DNA of 64,000 nt from Sphyrna mokarran. Its lineage: Eukaryota. Positions 38,070 to 52,635 of this stretch are shown in pieces. Within the stretch, counting starts at the first letter, position 1. Each line of letters begins with the position of its first letter. The position numbers were made by a program, and so were the translations under genes. The stretch is from assembly GCA_024679065.1 (NCBI GenBank), contig JAGIQG010000010.1, positions 82,274,001 to 82,338,000 on the forward strand, given 5' to 3'. A model generated the notes under the pieces. That model saw only the letters and a program-made list of their open reading frames with translations, did not search any database and was not told the origin of the DNA.

Positions 38070-38685
38070 CATCATGAACTTCAAGTCTTCAGGTGTCCAG
38101 ATCACCAACAATCTGTCCTGGTCCCTCCATGCCGCGCCCACCAGTATCTCTACTTTCCCAGGAGACTAAGGAAATTTGGCATGTGCATTCCGACTCTCAC
38201 CAACTTTTATAGATCCACCATTGAAAACATTCTTTCTGGTTGTATTACAGCTTGATGTGGCTCCTGCCCTGTCCAAGTCTGCAATAAACTACAAAAGATT
38301 GTGAACCAAGCTCAGCCCCTCATTCAAACCAGCCTCTCATCCACTGCCACTGTCTACGCTTCCGCAGCCTCAGCAAAGCAGTCAGCATGAGCAAAGACCC
38401 CACGCATCCTGAACATACTCTCTTCCACCTTCTTCCATTGGGAAAAAGATACAAAAGTCTGAGGACACAAACCAACTGACTCAAGAATAGCTTATTCTCT
38501 GGTGCTATCAGACTTTTGAATGGACCTACCTCACATTAAGTTGATCTTTCTCTACACCCTAGTTATGACTGTACTATATTCTGCACTCTCTTCTTTCCTT
38601 CTCAAAGGGCAGTATGCTTTATCGGTTTAGCGCGCAGGAAACAATACTTTTTACTGTATACCAATACATGTGACAATAATAATAA
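38070..38685 (+). mobile_element. Rex1-like LINE 3' fragment
   Basis: Colinear similarity to 41815-42390. Confidence 0.8.
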
Positions 38686-38753
38686 TAGAAATTTTGCAGC
38701 AATTTCTGGAGATTAATTAGATTCTGGATGAACTCCAAAGAAAGTACACTTAC

Positions 38754-38810
38754 ATCAATTTCAGGTGGCACGCTAAGTTGGCATGGATTTTGCTTCCACA
38801 TATCAACACA
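38754..38810 (-). CDS. SUPT20H: SUPT20H coding exon CVDMWKQNPCQLSVPPEID (57 nt)
   Basis: tttgtaag|TGT...ATTGAT|gtaagt. Confidence 0.95.
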
Positions 38811-38912
38811 CTTACAAAAAGAGGGAAAAAGACCTCATGTTAGAACACTGTGCAATAGAAAACAATAAATTAATATCAGCAGTCAATTGGAAAAAATAAA
38901 AATGGAACATAC

Positions 38913-39069
38913 ACTTCCAGCTCTTGAAATTTTTAGATCAATGGGTGGTACTGGCTTTCTTTCCTTTCTTTTTTGTAGATAATCAAACAGTTTGAGATGA
39001 GGTGGCGCTGTGAATTGGGTTATCTCCTGTTGTCTATTTAATGCTGGCCGGGAGTACCGCTTCATACAT
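38913..39069 (-). CDS. SUPT20H: SUPT20H coding exon [52 protein letters not shown] (157 nt)
   Basis: tctatag|ATGT...GGAAGT|gtatgt; inside ORF 38883..39095. Confidence 0.96.
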
Positions 39070-39485
39070 CTATAGAAGGTAGCCACAGTCAACACTTAGA
39101 ATGACCCAAATTAATAACGAGTAATCACAGTTCAAAAACATAGTACACAATGCTGTACAATCAATGAGAAATACAAATCATTGCACAGGCAGAAACTTCA
39201 TGTTAATTTGCACAAATCATCAACAACAACAAAAAAAGTTGCTTATCTGTCTCTGACCATCTCCTGTCTTGATGCAAATATTTAGATTTAATGGACTTGG
39301 ATTGGTTGTGGATCAGAAAATAAAAATATAGAGAAGCATTTATTTTAAGAATTAGATACATCTCTCATACAAAATAGAATGATATGGAGTTTATTTGAAA
39401 TAGTGCACAAGTTTAAAATAATATATTTTCATATTGAGACAGCTATAATTGAGAGAGAGGTATTTTGAATAACTGTAGCATATCA

Positions 39486-39671
<186 letters not shown>

Positions 39672-39938
39672 TCAACTTGATGTTACATAAATGTACCTGC
39701 ACTGTTTTAACCCAACACTTTTCCCAACAAATTGGATAGTTAAATTTTCAAGAAGTGGCCACAGTGAACAAGCCTGTCTTTACAATCTGAAGAAATTCCA
39801 AAACTGTCTTATGATTTTGTTCTATGGTCTTCAAGCAGGGATAATTATACACAAAAGTTTATTAAATGAATTTAATAAACTTATTAAATAAACTTATTAA
39901 ATAGATTTACCATGTAAGTTAGATGCAGCAAAATTTAC

Positions 39939-39992
39939 CTGTGTCCATTTGTGGTTGTCACTTGTTATTGCATGTACATCACAAATCAAGGT
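39939..39992 (-). CDS. SUPT20H: SUPT20H coding exon TLICDVHAITSDNHKWTQ (54 nt)
   Basis: tctgcag|ACC...ACACAG|gtaaat. Confidence 0.96.
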
Positions 39993-40577
39993 CTGCAGAA
40001 AGAAGTATAAAGATTGGTATAGGATCAATTTTATTTTACAGATTAGGAAATTGTATAATTACAATGTGGGCATTAAACAGGCAAGTTGAGCATAATATTA
40101 CAACATATAGAAAAGAAAGCATCACGAAATCATTAAATGACACAATCACCTTATACCAAGTTAACTAACTATTAAACTAAAGAGTGTAAGCTTTTGCTGA
40201 CTTTGGCCTATAGTTTGGCTTGAGAAAAATACATAAACTGTCATTATTCTAAGTTTCTATTTGTGAATTTATTTTATTCGATCAGCAATCACTTACAGCT
40301 GTATTGTGTCATGTGACTGCTATGACAAATAAGAATATTGTTTACTCTTATTTGGTCACTGAAGTCACACTCAGTGGAACTCAGTTTAGGAACTCCTGAT
40401 CTAGCAAAATTCTTACCATCTGGTTTTCACATAGCTTTCTCTGGGATTCTAATATTTTTCTCCTTGTTAATCTTCCAGTCATTATTTGCTGCTTTTTAAT
40501 TTTCTATCCAACCTTCTGCCTGTCACCCATCCTTAATCAATGATTTTTTTAAGTTTAATACTCTGTTTAATGTTTTT

Positions 40578-40730
40578 AGGAAGGGTCTAGGCAAAGAGGC
40601 TCTGCTGTATGGGGCACCAGCTAGCTCTCAAGAACAAGCTTATTATCTTGCATCTTGTAAAAAAATCACTTGAAATAATATAGCTCTACCTGCATTGTTG
40701 TAACTCAACACAATTTCCAGCAAATATGAT
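40578..40730 (-). pseudogene. Dead partial duplicate of the 39514-39653 exon and its upstream intron
   Basis: Aligns by eye with 39584-39738. The acceptor is changed cag>caa and there is an in-frame TAG at 40621-40623. Confidence 0.9.
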
Positions 40731-41159
40731 TGCGGATCCCCGATTCTGGAGCATAGCTGAAACACTCATACAACAAATTCAAACTGCAAGATTTTTCTAC
40801 AACATTAAGCTTGTAAAGATGAAGGTAATGTTGCCATAGTTCCTGAGATGTGGTGACCTAAAAATCACCACACCTCAGGTAAATGGCAAGGTTGAGAAGA
40901 CAGGCCTTCATGAATAACCACAGTACTGAAATTGAGCTGTTGTTGCTCTGAATCATTAATCAAATATCCAGCCCACTGAGCTAACTGACTCCCCAACATA
41001 AATTGTACTATTGAGGTGGCCACTTTAAAAGCTATAGGGCAGAATATGAATCACCATAATTTATCTTATCAAGACTGAGCAGTTGCTCACCTGGATAATG
41101 GCCTTAGTTTTTTGGGATCCAGAGGATAGTGTGGGGAAAAATTCTTGATTATTGGTTCT

Positions 41160-42395
41160 GATATCCATCATTATGAAGTGCTTCAAAAGGCTAGTCATGA
41201 CACAAATCAATTCCAGCCTCCTGCACTACCTGAATCCACTACAGTTTGACTATCGCTACAACAGATCCACACAGATGCCATCTCCCTGGCCCTGCACTCA
41301 ACCCTGGAACATCTAGACAACAAGGACATCTATGTCAGACTCCTCCTTATCAACTACAGCTCAGCCTTCAGCAGCATTATTCCTATGAAACTCATATCCA
41401 AACTCTGTGGCCTGGGCCTCGGTCCCTCCCTCTGCTACTGGATCCTGAATTTCTTAACTTGCAAACCACAAATAGTAAGGACAGACAACAATTCCTCCAC
41501 AATCATCCTCACCTCTGTGCCCCATAAGGTTGTGTTCTCAGCCATGTACTATACACTTAATACATCTATGACCATATGGCCAAGTTCCCCTCCAATTCTA
41601 TTTTCAAGTTTGCTCATGACATCGCCGTAGTGGGTTGGACCTCAACCAGTGATGAGACAGAGTACAGGAATGAGATAGAGAATCTGATGAACTGGTGCAA
41701 CATCAATAATCTCTCCCTTAATGTTAACAAAACAAGGGAGATTGTTATTGATTTCAGAAAGCATAAAGGAGAACATGCCCCTTTCTACATCAACGGGGAC
41801 CAAATAGAAAGGGTCAAGAGCTTCAAGTTTTTAGATGTCCAGATCAGCAACAACCTGCCCTGGTTCTTCATGCCAACACTATAGTTAAGAAAGCCCACTA
41901 ACATCGCTACTTTCTCAGAAGACTAAGGAAATTTGTCATGTCAGCTATGATTCTCACCAACTTTTACAGATGCACCATAGGAAACATTCTTTCTGGTTGT
42001 GTCACAGCTTAGTATAGCTCCTGCTCTGCCCAAGACCGCAAGGAACTATAACAAGTTGCGAACATAGCCCAATCCATCACACAACCCAGCCCCTCATCCA
42101 CTGATTCTATCTACACTTCCCACTGCCTCGGCAAAGCATAATTAAGGACCACATGCATCCCAGGCATTCTCTCTCCCACTTTCTACCGTCGGGAAGAAGA
42201 TACAAAAGTCTGAGGTCATGTACTAACCAACTCAAGAACAACCTCTTTCCTGCTGTTGTCAGACTTTTGAATGGTCTTACCTGCACTCTCTCATTTCCTT
42301 CTCTACGAATCATATGCTTTGTCTGCATAGCACGCAAGAAACAATACTTTTCACTGTATGTTAATACATGTGAGAATAATAAATCAAATCAAAAA
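41160..42395 (+). mobile_element. Rex1/Babar-like non-LTR retrotransposon 3' portion, decayed
   Basis: Frameshifted RT pieces (LCYWILNFLT, FKFAHDIAVVG, LNVNKTREIVIDFRK, LPSGRRYKSL) and an aataaatcaaatc tail. Confidence 0.85.
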
Positions 42396-42687
42396 AAATA
42401 CAAGCAGGGAAATATTTACACAATCCATTATTCTTAATTTTACATCCTGAAATAGTCCACACACACTATGCTATGGCTTCGTACATGAAAAATAGTTGCT
42501 TGGTAAAGTATTGGAGGTTCAGTTGCATTCCGGCATTACAATGCCTTCTGCAAAGACAGACAAAAAAAATAGCAGTTTGGATTTCAGAAACTATTTTGGA
42601 AAGATATATTGCTAACCTCATTAAAAGTGGTATTTGTGATGGCAGTGGGAGTAAAGTGAGAGAGGGAGAATATAACATTTAATATCA

Positions 42688-42819
<132 letters not shown>

Positions 42820-44211
42820 CTAAAAGAAAAATAAATTTTTAACTGAACATTGTCAACATTGATTTCACAAATAGATGCTGATTTTAAATCAAAAACAAAT
42901 TTGGATGGAGTCTGATCAAATGACTAAATCAATGCATGGGTTTTGCTGGAGAAATGGTGAGGCTATCAGAACTCATCAATTCAAAACAGTAAATCAGACA
43001 GCTCTGTCTGACAAACTCGCGTGCATAGTCAAACACAGAAATCAGCAAGATGCTTTCAGAGTTGCCTTGCTCCCCCAGAAGCTTTACTGTAGCAGTATCA
43101 CACCATGACACTGAGCATTCAAACACATGGAAGTCTGTATCAAATTGCATTACTTACACGAATGTTAAAAATTAGGATTTGCCCAGTCAAGTATATGCAC
43201 ATTTTTTAAAGGTGCCATATCATAATTACTGCCAGCCAACATTTATTGCACTAAAAATTATATTTTCTAAGAATGAAGCCTCTTTCCCTCAGACCTTAAT
43301 GACTGTTAAGGCTTTTTTTTTTTAACAAAAACTTTTTTGACTCAGCTTTCCCTTAAAACCATCTTTCTGTCATTCTCTTTAATTCCCTTTCTCTACATGA
43401 GTTGGCATTGAAATCACTATCATAACTTACTGTTCCTGGTTCACACACAATGTGCCATATATAAAAATTGCTAATCTGATATGTGTGTGTGTGTGTGTGT
43501 TTGGTGTGGTGAAAATAACCTACATATCTATTGGCCTTGCTGGCACTGGAATTTTGCCAACCTGCAATTGGAAAGCAGCTCTTGGAGGTGAGATGGCACT
43601 TTCTGTTTCTGAAGCACAGTATTTCCACCCCCACACTATTAAGGACTAATCAGCCATTTAATCGTTGCAGAACAGTTGTTCTTTTCTAAGGAATATTCTG
43701 CAGGGCAGTTGTGCCATCAGACGTTCATCGAGGTAGTACTTTGGTCAGCTGCTTTTCTCTGACTTCATCAAAAATTCATGGAATGAGGTGATTTAAATTT
43801 TAGTGCTTCATCCTGTCATTACAAGAGGGGAAGCCAGAGAATGCTTGGGCCAACAAAAAACAGATTCAAAAAAATCTAACCTTCTTATGTCTCTACACTG
43901 GTAGACTTCTGTGCCAGTGGCAAACAAGTCTTTTGATATGACTAGTTTTAACTTTAGGAGTTAATTCAGCCCCAGAATACAGATGTCTATTTGATGGGAG
44001 TCCTCAGATACACTGAGGCAGCACCACATCCCCAACTCCCCAAGTTCGTCCCCTCGACACATTCCCAAACTGCTATCAAAACCATGTGTGGTACAGGCGA
44101 AACACCTATCCTGCAGAAGCCAAATTATTTTAATCAGTGTATGAGGGAATTTTCTAATGTTCCTCCTCCAAAGAATTACACCGGAGTTATTCACGTCTTA
44201 TACATATTTTA

Positions 44212-44337
<126 letters not shown>

Positions 44338-44367
44338 TTAAAAAAAACTGCAATATTAAAAAATTTA

Positions 44368-44757
<390 letters not shown>

Positions 44758-46066
44758 TTATAACTTTAGCATACCCTTTTTGAAATTGATGCAGCTCTCT
44801 CTAAATAGTGCACTTACAGGCATATATTTTATAAGAACATCAAAATAACAAAATACTACACTTGTTCGCTATGCCATTTTATAAAAGTGCTAAAATAACT
44901 AAATGAACAGACAGCAGGTATCATTCTTATTGTCATAACACGCAACCATTTCTTTACTTATAAATTTTTTTCACCAATTCTCCTTTTCTTAATATGTTGT
45001 CTCCTTGTGAGGCATTGTTCAAGCAATCACTAATGCTTTGTCATGGTTCTTTACACGAGTCTTTACAATAGGAATCAGCCTTCAACCCCTCAACTTGTTC
45101 AATTAGTCCATGCTGCTCTGTTTCTTAACTCCATTTATGTTGCATACACCTTTATATGATTACCCAACAAAAATGTATCAACTTCAGTTTTGAAACTTGC
45201 AATTACTCTCGCCTCACTAACATTTTGGGGACAGTTCTAGTTTTCCTTATCCTCTGTGAAGCATTCCTGAAAATCATCCCCGAAAAGTCTAGGTGTAATT
45301 TTAAAGTTATGCTCCCTAGATTCCCCTACCAAAGTAACTTTTCTCTGTCCATCCTATCAAATCCTTTGGACATCTTAAATACCTTGATTAGATTAACTGT
45401 TAACTCTTTTCCCTCAAGGAAATAAAAGGTTGGTTAGATAACCTGCCCTAATAATTTAACCCTTCTAACCTCAGCATCAATCCCATCCTTGCCTCAAGAT
45501 CTTCCTTTGTACTTCAGGCAGAGGTCCTCCGATAAGCAGAAATAGAAATTTTGCCAATTTTAGTCACTCTGACACAAAAAAATCGTAGAATCCCAACAAG
45601 TGAGGTTGGTTAACTCAGGAAAGATCAAGAATTGAGCCTGGGAATTTTTCAATTATTTTGGTTTGACTTATTCAAAGCAGGCACTCATGAAGCCATCTAG
45701 GAGCCCAATGGCTTAATGATTGAAAATAAAACTATGTTTTCAGGATTCATCAGACTTTTAACAAGATCCAAATAGGGGATTAACCATTTCAAAAAAAGAG
45801 TTACATTTATGATTTTATGTGGGCATTTGGAGAGCCAGGCTAATGAAACCAGTAAAGTAGAAACTAAAACAAAAAGAGAAGCTAGGTATCATTCCTTTCT
45901 TTTAGTTGTTGACTATGGTTTACTAAACTTGTATTTTTTTGTTGAATTGACAAGAAAGAAACAAATTTTAATTCTTAATGGTTTTAACAATGTTTTTGTA
46001 TAAATTTTCAAGCAGGCCAAAATAGCTAATAGAAGAATTATGGATTGGTGCATGAAGTGTGCATAC

Positions 46067-46133
46067 CTTAAGCTCTGGTTCTTTTTCACATTCTTCCATG
46101 TACAAGTCATACAATTTCTGATGTACAGATTTC
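46067..46133 (-). CDS. SUPT20H: SUPT20H coding exon [22 protein letters not shown] (67 nt)
   Basis: attttag|GAAA...CTTAAG|gtatgc; inside ORF 45968..46177. Confidence 0.96.
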
Positions 46134-46211
46134 CTAAAATAACAAGTTTTAAAATTCAAGGTTTGGAAGCTATACATTTAACTTTAAGATAGCTTAATTA
46201 CAGAATACTAC

Positions 46212-46270
46212 CTTCCACTAGATGAATGTCTTCTCTTTGGAGGTCGTTGCCTGGCACATCCGATGATGTA
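46212..46270 (-). CDS. SUPT20H: SUPT20H coding exon YIIGCARQRPPKRRHSSSG(R) (59 nt)
   Basis: ttttatag|TAC...GGAAG|gtagta. Confidence 0.95.
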
Positions 46271-46377
46271 CTATAAAAAAAACATTATATATATTGAAAT
46301 ACCAAGGAACAGAGTTAATTAAGAGTTGCAATGAAATGCTATACTTCAGAATAGATGTTTTGCTATAGGCGACTCAC

Positions 46378-46413
46378 CTCTGCACGGTCCAATGCATATT
46401 CCAAAGCGCGATA
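46378..46413 (-). CDS. SUPT20H: SUPT20H coding exon YRALEYALDRAE (36 nt)
   Basis: ttctgcag|TATCGC...GCAGAG|gtgagt; matches the Spt20 N-terminus. Confidence 0.95.
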
Positions 46414-48898
46414 CTGCAGAAAAAAATAATTTTACTAAGGAATTCTAAAGATACTAAGCAACATGAAATCCATAGTTTTAGGATTTTGTTTCTGGAACTT
46501 CCCGTGTGTATGTCAATTTTTTTAGGCATCCCAATGGTGAATACATTGCTTTAATGGGAAACTCCAGGAAAATAATCCAAAGACCAGGTTATTTAAGCTG
46601 TATATATATATTTATCTAAAATAGGAAACCAAAATCCTTTCCTTGATTGTTTCCCTCCCAAGCTCCACAAAATTCTTCTTCCACATGCAGGAAGCACCAA
46701 TTTTACACGTGATTAACTGGTTACATGTGATCACTGGAAATTATTGCTTCAAATCCATTGCTAGATTATAACTGAATACAAATGGCAATATTATATAGAC
46801 AATGGGTAGTCTATTGCCTACTGCAGGACAAATGCATGATCTAATTGAAACACCACTTTTCAGAAATATGAAGGTAAATCTGTATAAAACAAATAATTGT
46901 AAGAATCGGAATAAGAGAATGAGTATTCAGTTCAGTGGAAATAATTCCAGGTTACAGAAATAAAATTTATTTTTTAAATCTTTATGATCAAATTCACGGT
47001 AGACTACCACCGAGAAACTTAGCATACTTAAGCTGCTTTTATCACAACCCAATGTATTATCTGGTGCAGAAATAGTGCTGGGTCTACTTGAATATGCAAG
47101 TTAGTGAAGACATAACATGCCAGAAACCGATGCACAATTTAACATGCTTTCAAGCAAATGTATCTAATTACCAGCAAAAAACTGGACACAAAAAAGATAT
47201 TGCCAAATATGATGAAAGGCTAAGTCAAAGAGTTGATTTTTCAGGAGAGAAGGATCTTAATGGAAAGGTTTTGGATTATCTGAATTTTACGATCTGTAGA
47301 GGGTGGACGGAGGTCATTAGAACAATTCAACGTAAAGGCAAAGACATAGATAATCTGATTGGGACAGAATGGGAAATATTAGAAACTAAATAGGCTGCAT
47401 AGTCTCCCTGATAATGGCAATTTAATTGAGACCAAAATTCTCCCAACTCACCTGCAGAATCTGATAGGTGTCAAAATAAGTCAGAAACCTGCCAGTGTAA
47501 AATTACGTTGTAATTCTCCCATTGGGGATGGCAGGGTTAATTGCAGGTAGAACATCCTGCTGGTATCCCATCAGGCCTTCCAATCTTGTGTCATAACCAA
47601 AGGAAATAACACTGGTGTCAAACCTGATTGTTGAAGAAAGCATTAAGGTGCTCCTTAATTAGCCTAGAAATTCCAAAAGTGATTGCAAAAAATCTTTCAG
47701 TCTTAGTGCTGTGCTGCTCCTGATGAACTGTTCACTAATCTGCTGAGGTACACTGGTTTCTGCATGCCAAGCTGTTTTCATGGTCAGCACCCTGCTGCTG
47801 GACCAAGGACCGCCTGTCACTGTCTCAATTCAGGGCTGCACCTGGGGTTAGGGAATACAGGGCTCTCCTTCCCTCAGTGCCACACACTAGCATCTACATG
47901 GATAGCACTGTGCTCATGATGGTAGACAGAAGGGCAAGGGAGTGGATGAAGAAGTTGAAACATGGAAGACAAGGGAAGACGAGAAAGATGGAAGCTGCAT
48001 CCCTACAAGCCTGCATAAAAAGCTCGCCAACAGGAGGATCAAAGATTATTAAGTGGACAGGGATTAATAAAGATTCCAAAGGTGGTGGGCAGTTGTCCAA
48101 GTGGGGCACAGGCATCTCACAGATGATGGACCAGGGGGGAAAGTGGCTAAATTGAGGAACAGATTTCTTCTTGAGGCCACTAGCTTAACAATGTGAATCT
48201 ATCCACCCACAAACAGTTGAGGAAACGGAAAAAGTAATTTGCATGCACAGAGGCTGCATCAAGAAACCAGGCAGCCTGATCTTAAAGGCTGTGGTAAGCT
48301 TATCTTTATTGCACAATTATACACCTTCGCCAGCAAAGTACCATTATTAACTTTTCCATCTTGCATATTCTGTTTAGACAATACTTTTGTTCCAATTTTG
48401 GATAATTTTTTGCAGTGGATGCACATCTGCTTGGAAATAAATTAAGGCTCACTGGATTATTTCACAACTAACTCCACAACTAGCAGAGAACACTTTCATC
48501 TTATCTTCAGTTCCAATGTGAATTGACAAGTGCAGAAATGAAAAATTAGCTGGTGTGTCTGTTTAAAAAATGTACTTTATTTCCACATTCTGATACCTTC
48601 TAACTAAGTAGCTGCTCCCACTCAAAATCAGCTCATAACTAAAATTTTAAGGAACAAAACCAGATATCAAATTTCAATTTTATCTCTTTTTGCTGTAAAA
48701 GGAAACATTCAACATTCTAACCACGATGCTACACAGCTCAAAAAATTTGTACAAGTATAGTGCAATGACTGATAGCTTTCTAAAACATTAGTTTCTTTCT
48801 CATAACTAAATAAATAAAGGTGTTTTGCAGTCAACGAATGAGTGTCAATTAGTTACAATACAATTCACAGGAAAGTTGTTTAACTGCACAAAACTCAC

Positions 48899-48985
48899 CA
48901 TTATGAAAAGAATCAGATCTCAGATGTGTGAACTGAAATCACGAATGTAGACATAAAGTCATGACTCTCCAACAAACTTCAAACA
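48899..48985 (-). CDS. SUPT20H: SUPT20H exon 2: 5'UTR ending in the initiator ATG (48901-48899)
   Basis: Minus strand reads ctaattttgctttcaacag|TGTTTG...TTTTCATAATG|gtgagt, with branch point, pyrimidine tract and strong donor. The ATG joins in phase 0 to the next exon. Confidence 0.85.
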
Positions 48986-50324
48986 CTGTTGAAAGCAAAA
49001 TTAGTTCATTGTTTTGCAGGACTTTCCAAAAGGTATTAAAACAACAGCAACTTGTACTGATGTAGCACCTCTAATGTTAGAAAGCATCCATTAGCATAAG
49101 AAAGATCAATTATTTATATCCAAAATGTATGAATTACTAGTTACACGTTCATTTTGGGTATTTAAATAAGTTACAGGTTAAAATGACTCCTTCACATCAT
49201 TCTTTGGGTAGCACTTCAGCCAGCGTTTTGCAGATGTTCAGGAATGGAACCACCCATTTCTCCTGCTGATTTAATTTTCCTGCGTAAAAGCATCCTCCTG
49301 GCCGAATCAACATTTCCCAATGGCACGACCAATGATGGAATTTATTTTATGGTGATTTGGTTATTTTTATAATTGTCATCAATGGCACCATCAAATGTTG
49401 GTTAATGAATTGTGGTATTTACTAACCAACAGCCTAATTACCAACACTCACTTTGAGTTATGCCAGGACCATTCTGCCATCTACGTTATTACATCTTTCA
49501 TTGAATAAGGTCTGAATTGAATTCCAGGTTTAGGGTGAGTGTGACTTCCTGTCCTGTCATGGCATCACTCGACTGAATGTGCCCATCAAGAAACTCCAGT
49601 AAAAGTAGAGTTAATGGGGACTGGGTGAATCTCCAGTGCATGTGGTCATAATCGAGTTTATACACTAAAAAGATCTTAAAGCTCCTCTAATTCAGCAGTC
49701 AAGTGTTCTTTTTCAATTCGTCTACACAAGTAGAATTTCCACACATTTACCAGTCTGAATCTATTTTCCTTTGATTTAAGGTAATATTGCAGCTTTGCCT
49801 TTTCTATTCCCTTAGTTATCTTTCCCAGATCGCACAATGTTGATGGTGGCTGGTGGGGTGGAGGTAGGTGGCAGGATTAAGGTAGGCCTGCCCACCCCAG
49901 AACAACATCATAGTTAGTCATGGGAATGGGAAAGTGCTGAGGCAAGATGGTAAGATGACCAGCTTAGTTTTTCATAACTTAGTCCCAGATGTTAGATACT
50001 GTAGCCCACACCCATTCCCATGATCTCTTATAACTTGCATGCCAACCCATGCCCCAGCACTCCTCATTACCCTCATACCTTCCATGCCAACTCTTATCCT
50101 CACCCACATATGCCCCATCCTACTCTCCATTCTATTTTCATAGCTAGCCATTTGGTATTTAGCAGAACTCAAGTGCCATATGGAGATAAAATAACATATT
50201 TCTAACATTCTAACATAGTTCTCAGTCCTACGTTCCTGATGTGAAAAATCTCCCATTCATAAAACACAATCAATCTTTTAAATCTTAAATGGTTAATCTC
50301 TTACAAAAACAACATAGGAACAAA

Positions 50325-50350
50325 GCACAGCACAGCACAGCACAGCACAG
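50325..50350. repeat. (GCACA)n microsatellite at a CR1-type tail
   Basis: gcaca x5, followed by ggaaacacgcccttcggccc (CR1 3' end on the minus strand). Confidence 0.8.
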
Positions 50351-51179
50351 GAAACACGCCCTTCGGCCCTACAAGCCTGCGCCGCTCATTTTAACACTCA
50401 GTGAGTGCCTTATTCTTGTCAACCTTTAGTGGATTCTACAATAAATAGGTGCAAATTTAGGGAAAATATAGGACATAGAAATTAGGTGCGTAAGTAGGCA
50501 ATTCAGCCCTTCGAGCCTGTTCCATCACTTAATCAGATCATGCTGATCTCTTCCTGGTCTCAAATTCGTTTATACCCTATATCCCTTTAACCCATTTTTT
50601 TTCAGAAATATATTCATCTCCTTCTTGAAACAATTTAATGATTCAGACTCCAAAACAAGCTTTTATTCAGACTCTAAATCAAAGACAGCTAATCCTTTAT
50701 TACCCTATTCAAACTGTTCAGCAAACTATGATGCAAGAAACTTGCTCAGAGAAATCTTAAGCTTTTGAAAGTCAGCCAAGCATTCATAATTACATAATAA
50801 CTGCCATTAGCAAAATATCAACAAAGAACTCTACTGAAACAGTGGGAGCTGGTGCTTTTTTAAAAATTTTTCGCAGAGAACCTGATCATCAAAGCAGTTC
50901 ATCATTTTCTTTAACTCTCAGTGACAACATCAGTCTTTTTTTTAAGTTAAAACATCAGGAAATTATTCAAAAAATGTTCTGATCATTAAAGTTATATGAG
51001 CCTTTCCTGCCTCTTAAGAGTTTTTATGTCTATGGTTCCTTACACTGCAATCCAATGAACTGCCAAAATGGGGTCAGTCTGAACTCAGCATTAAGTTCAA
51101 ATAGCCCTGTTAAGCTCACATTTTCCTCTTGTATGAATCACCACCACAAATTGGATCTGTCGGAAATGGGGGCAGGATT

Positions 51180-51485
51180 TATAGAATCCCTACAATGTAA
51201 AAGGAAGACATGCAGACCATCAAGCCCACACTTTCAATAAATACTACCCAAGTCCATTTCGCACAACCCCACATGTTTGCCATGCTAATTCCCCTGACAC
51301 TAAGGGGCAATTCAGAATGGCCAATCCACCTAACCTGCACATCTTTGGACTGTGGGAGGAAACTAGAGCACCCACAGGAAACACACTCAGATATGGCAAG
51401 AACATGCAAACTCAACACAGACAGTCACCCAAAGCCGTAATCGAATCCAGGTCTGTAGCGCTGTAAGACAGCAGTGTTACCCACC
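51180..51485 (-). mobile_element. HE1/V-SINE-like tRNA SINE
   Basis: atagaatccctaca tail and core in reverse complement. Confidence 0.85.
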
Positions 51486-52309
51486 CGGGTCCCATTCACC
51501 ATTTTTAAAGGAATGCAGTGTCTTCTCAACACTGTGAAAATCGAGTCTAAGGAATCAGCCTGTGGCACTAAGTATTTCCTTGACATTCACGCCATCAGAA
51601 AAGGAGCTAGTACCCAAGGTATAGTCTAACCAGTTTAATGTTGTCTTCCCATAATTGAGAGTCTTATATTTTATTGAGTTTATTGATTGCTGTTTTGCAT
51701 TAGTTGTACATTCTGACCCTGGAGTCCACTAAAACTCTTAAATTTCTTTTAGCCTCATCTTTAGTTTTTTCAACATCATCCTTGGAGTACATCTGCTACT
51801 TATTTTTTCCTTCTGACATGTAATGCTTTATATTTGTTTATGGTAAATTTCATCTGCCATGTTTCCACTCAATACATTGCCCAATAGATGTATAATTTTT
51901 GAATTGCTTCCTCAGTCACTCATAGTTTGGTATCATTTGTAAATGTGACCATTGAGTTTCTCTGTACAAGTCCTTTACTTTTAAAAAAAACACATTTGTC
52001 CCTGAGATGTTGGAGTCATTTGCAAGGAGGAATTTACTCAATCTCTGGTTTTCCTCAGGGGAAGAAAGAGGCAACTTTGTAACGTGGGATCAGATCACAT
52101 GTTGGCTGACCAAACTAGATCTATTAAATTTAATTTCACAGCTTTCTAAGATTGGAACTCTCAAGGCAATGGGGTTGACCATTGTTAACAAAGTTATTAC
52201 TGTACAGATATTCTCAAGTTTACTCCTGATTATTGATTTCATGATCTTACATGGACTGAAGGTGAATTAACGAGTTTGTAGCTTTGTGTCTCCCTTTTTG
52301 AATTTTTTT

Positions 52310-52635
52310 TTTATTCATTCACGAGTATGGGTATCACTGGCTGGCCAGCATTTGTTGCCTATCCTTAGTTGCTCTTGAAGGGCAGTTCACAGTCAACCAC
52401 AAAGCTGTGGCTCTGCAGTCACATGTAGGCCAGACCAGATAAGGACGGCAGATTCCCTTCCTGAAAGGACATTAGTGAACCAGATGGAGATCTTATGACA
52501 ATCATGGGCATCAGTATATTCTTAATTCCAGATTTTTTTATTGAATTCAAATTCCACCATCTGCCGTCTCCAGAGCATTAGCTGAGTTCCTGCATTAATA
52601 GTCTAGTGGTAATACCTCTAGGCCATCACCTCCCC
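52310..52635 (-). mobile_element. tRNA-derived SINE (second family)
   Basis: Colinear with 11175-11540. Confidence 0.8.
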
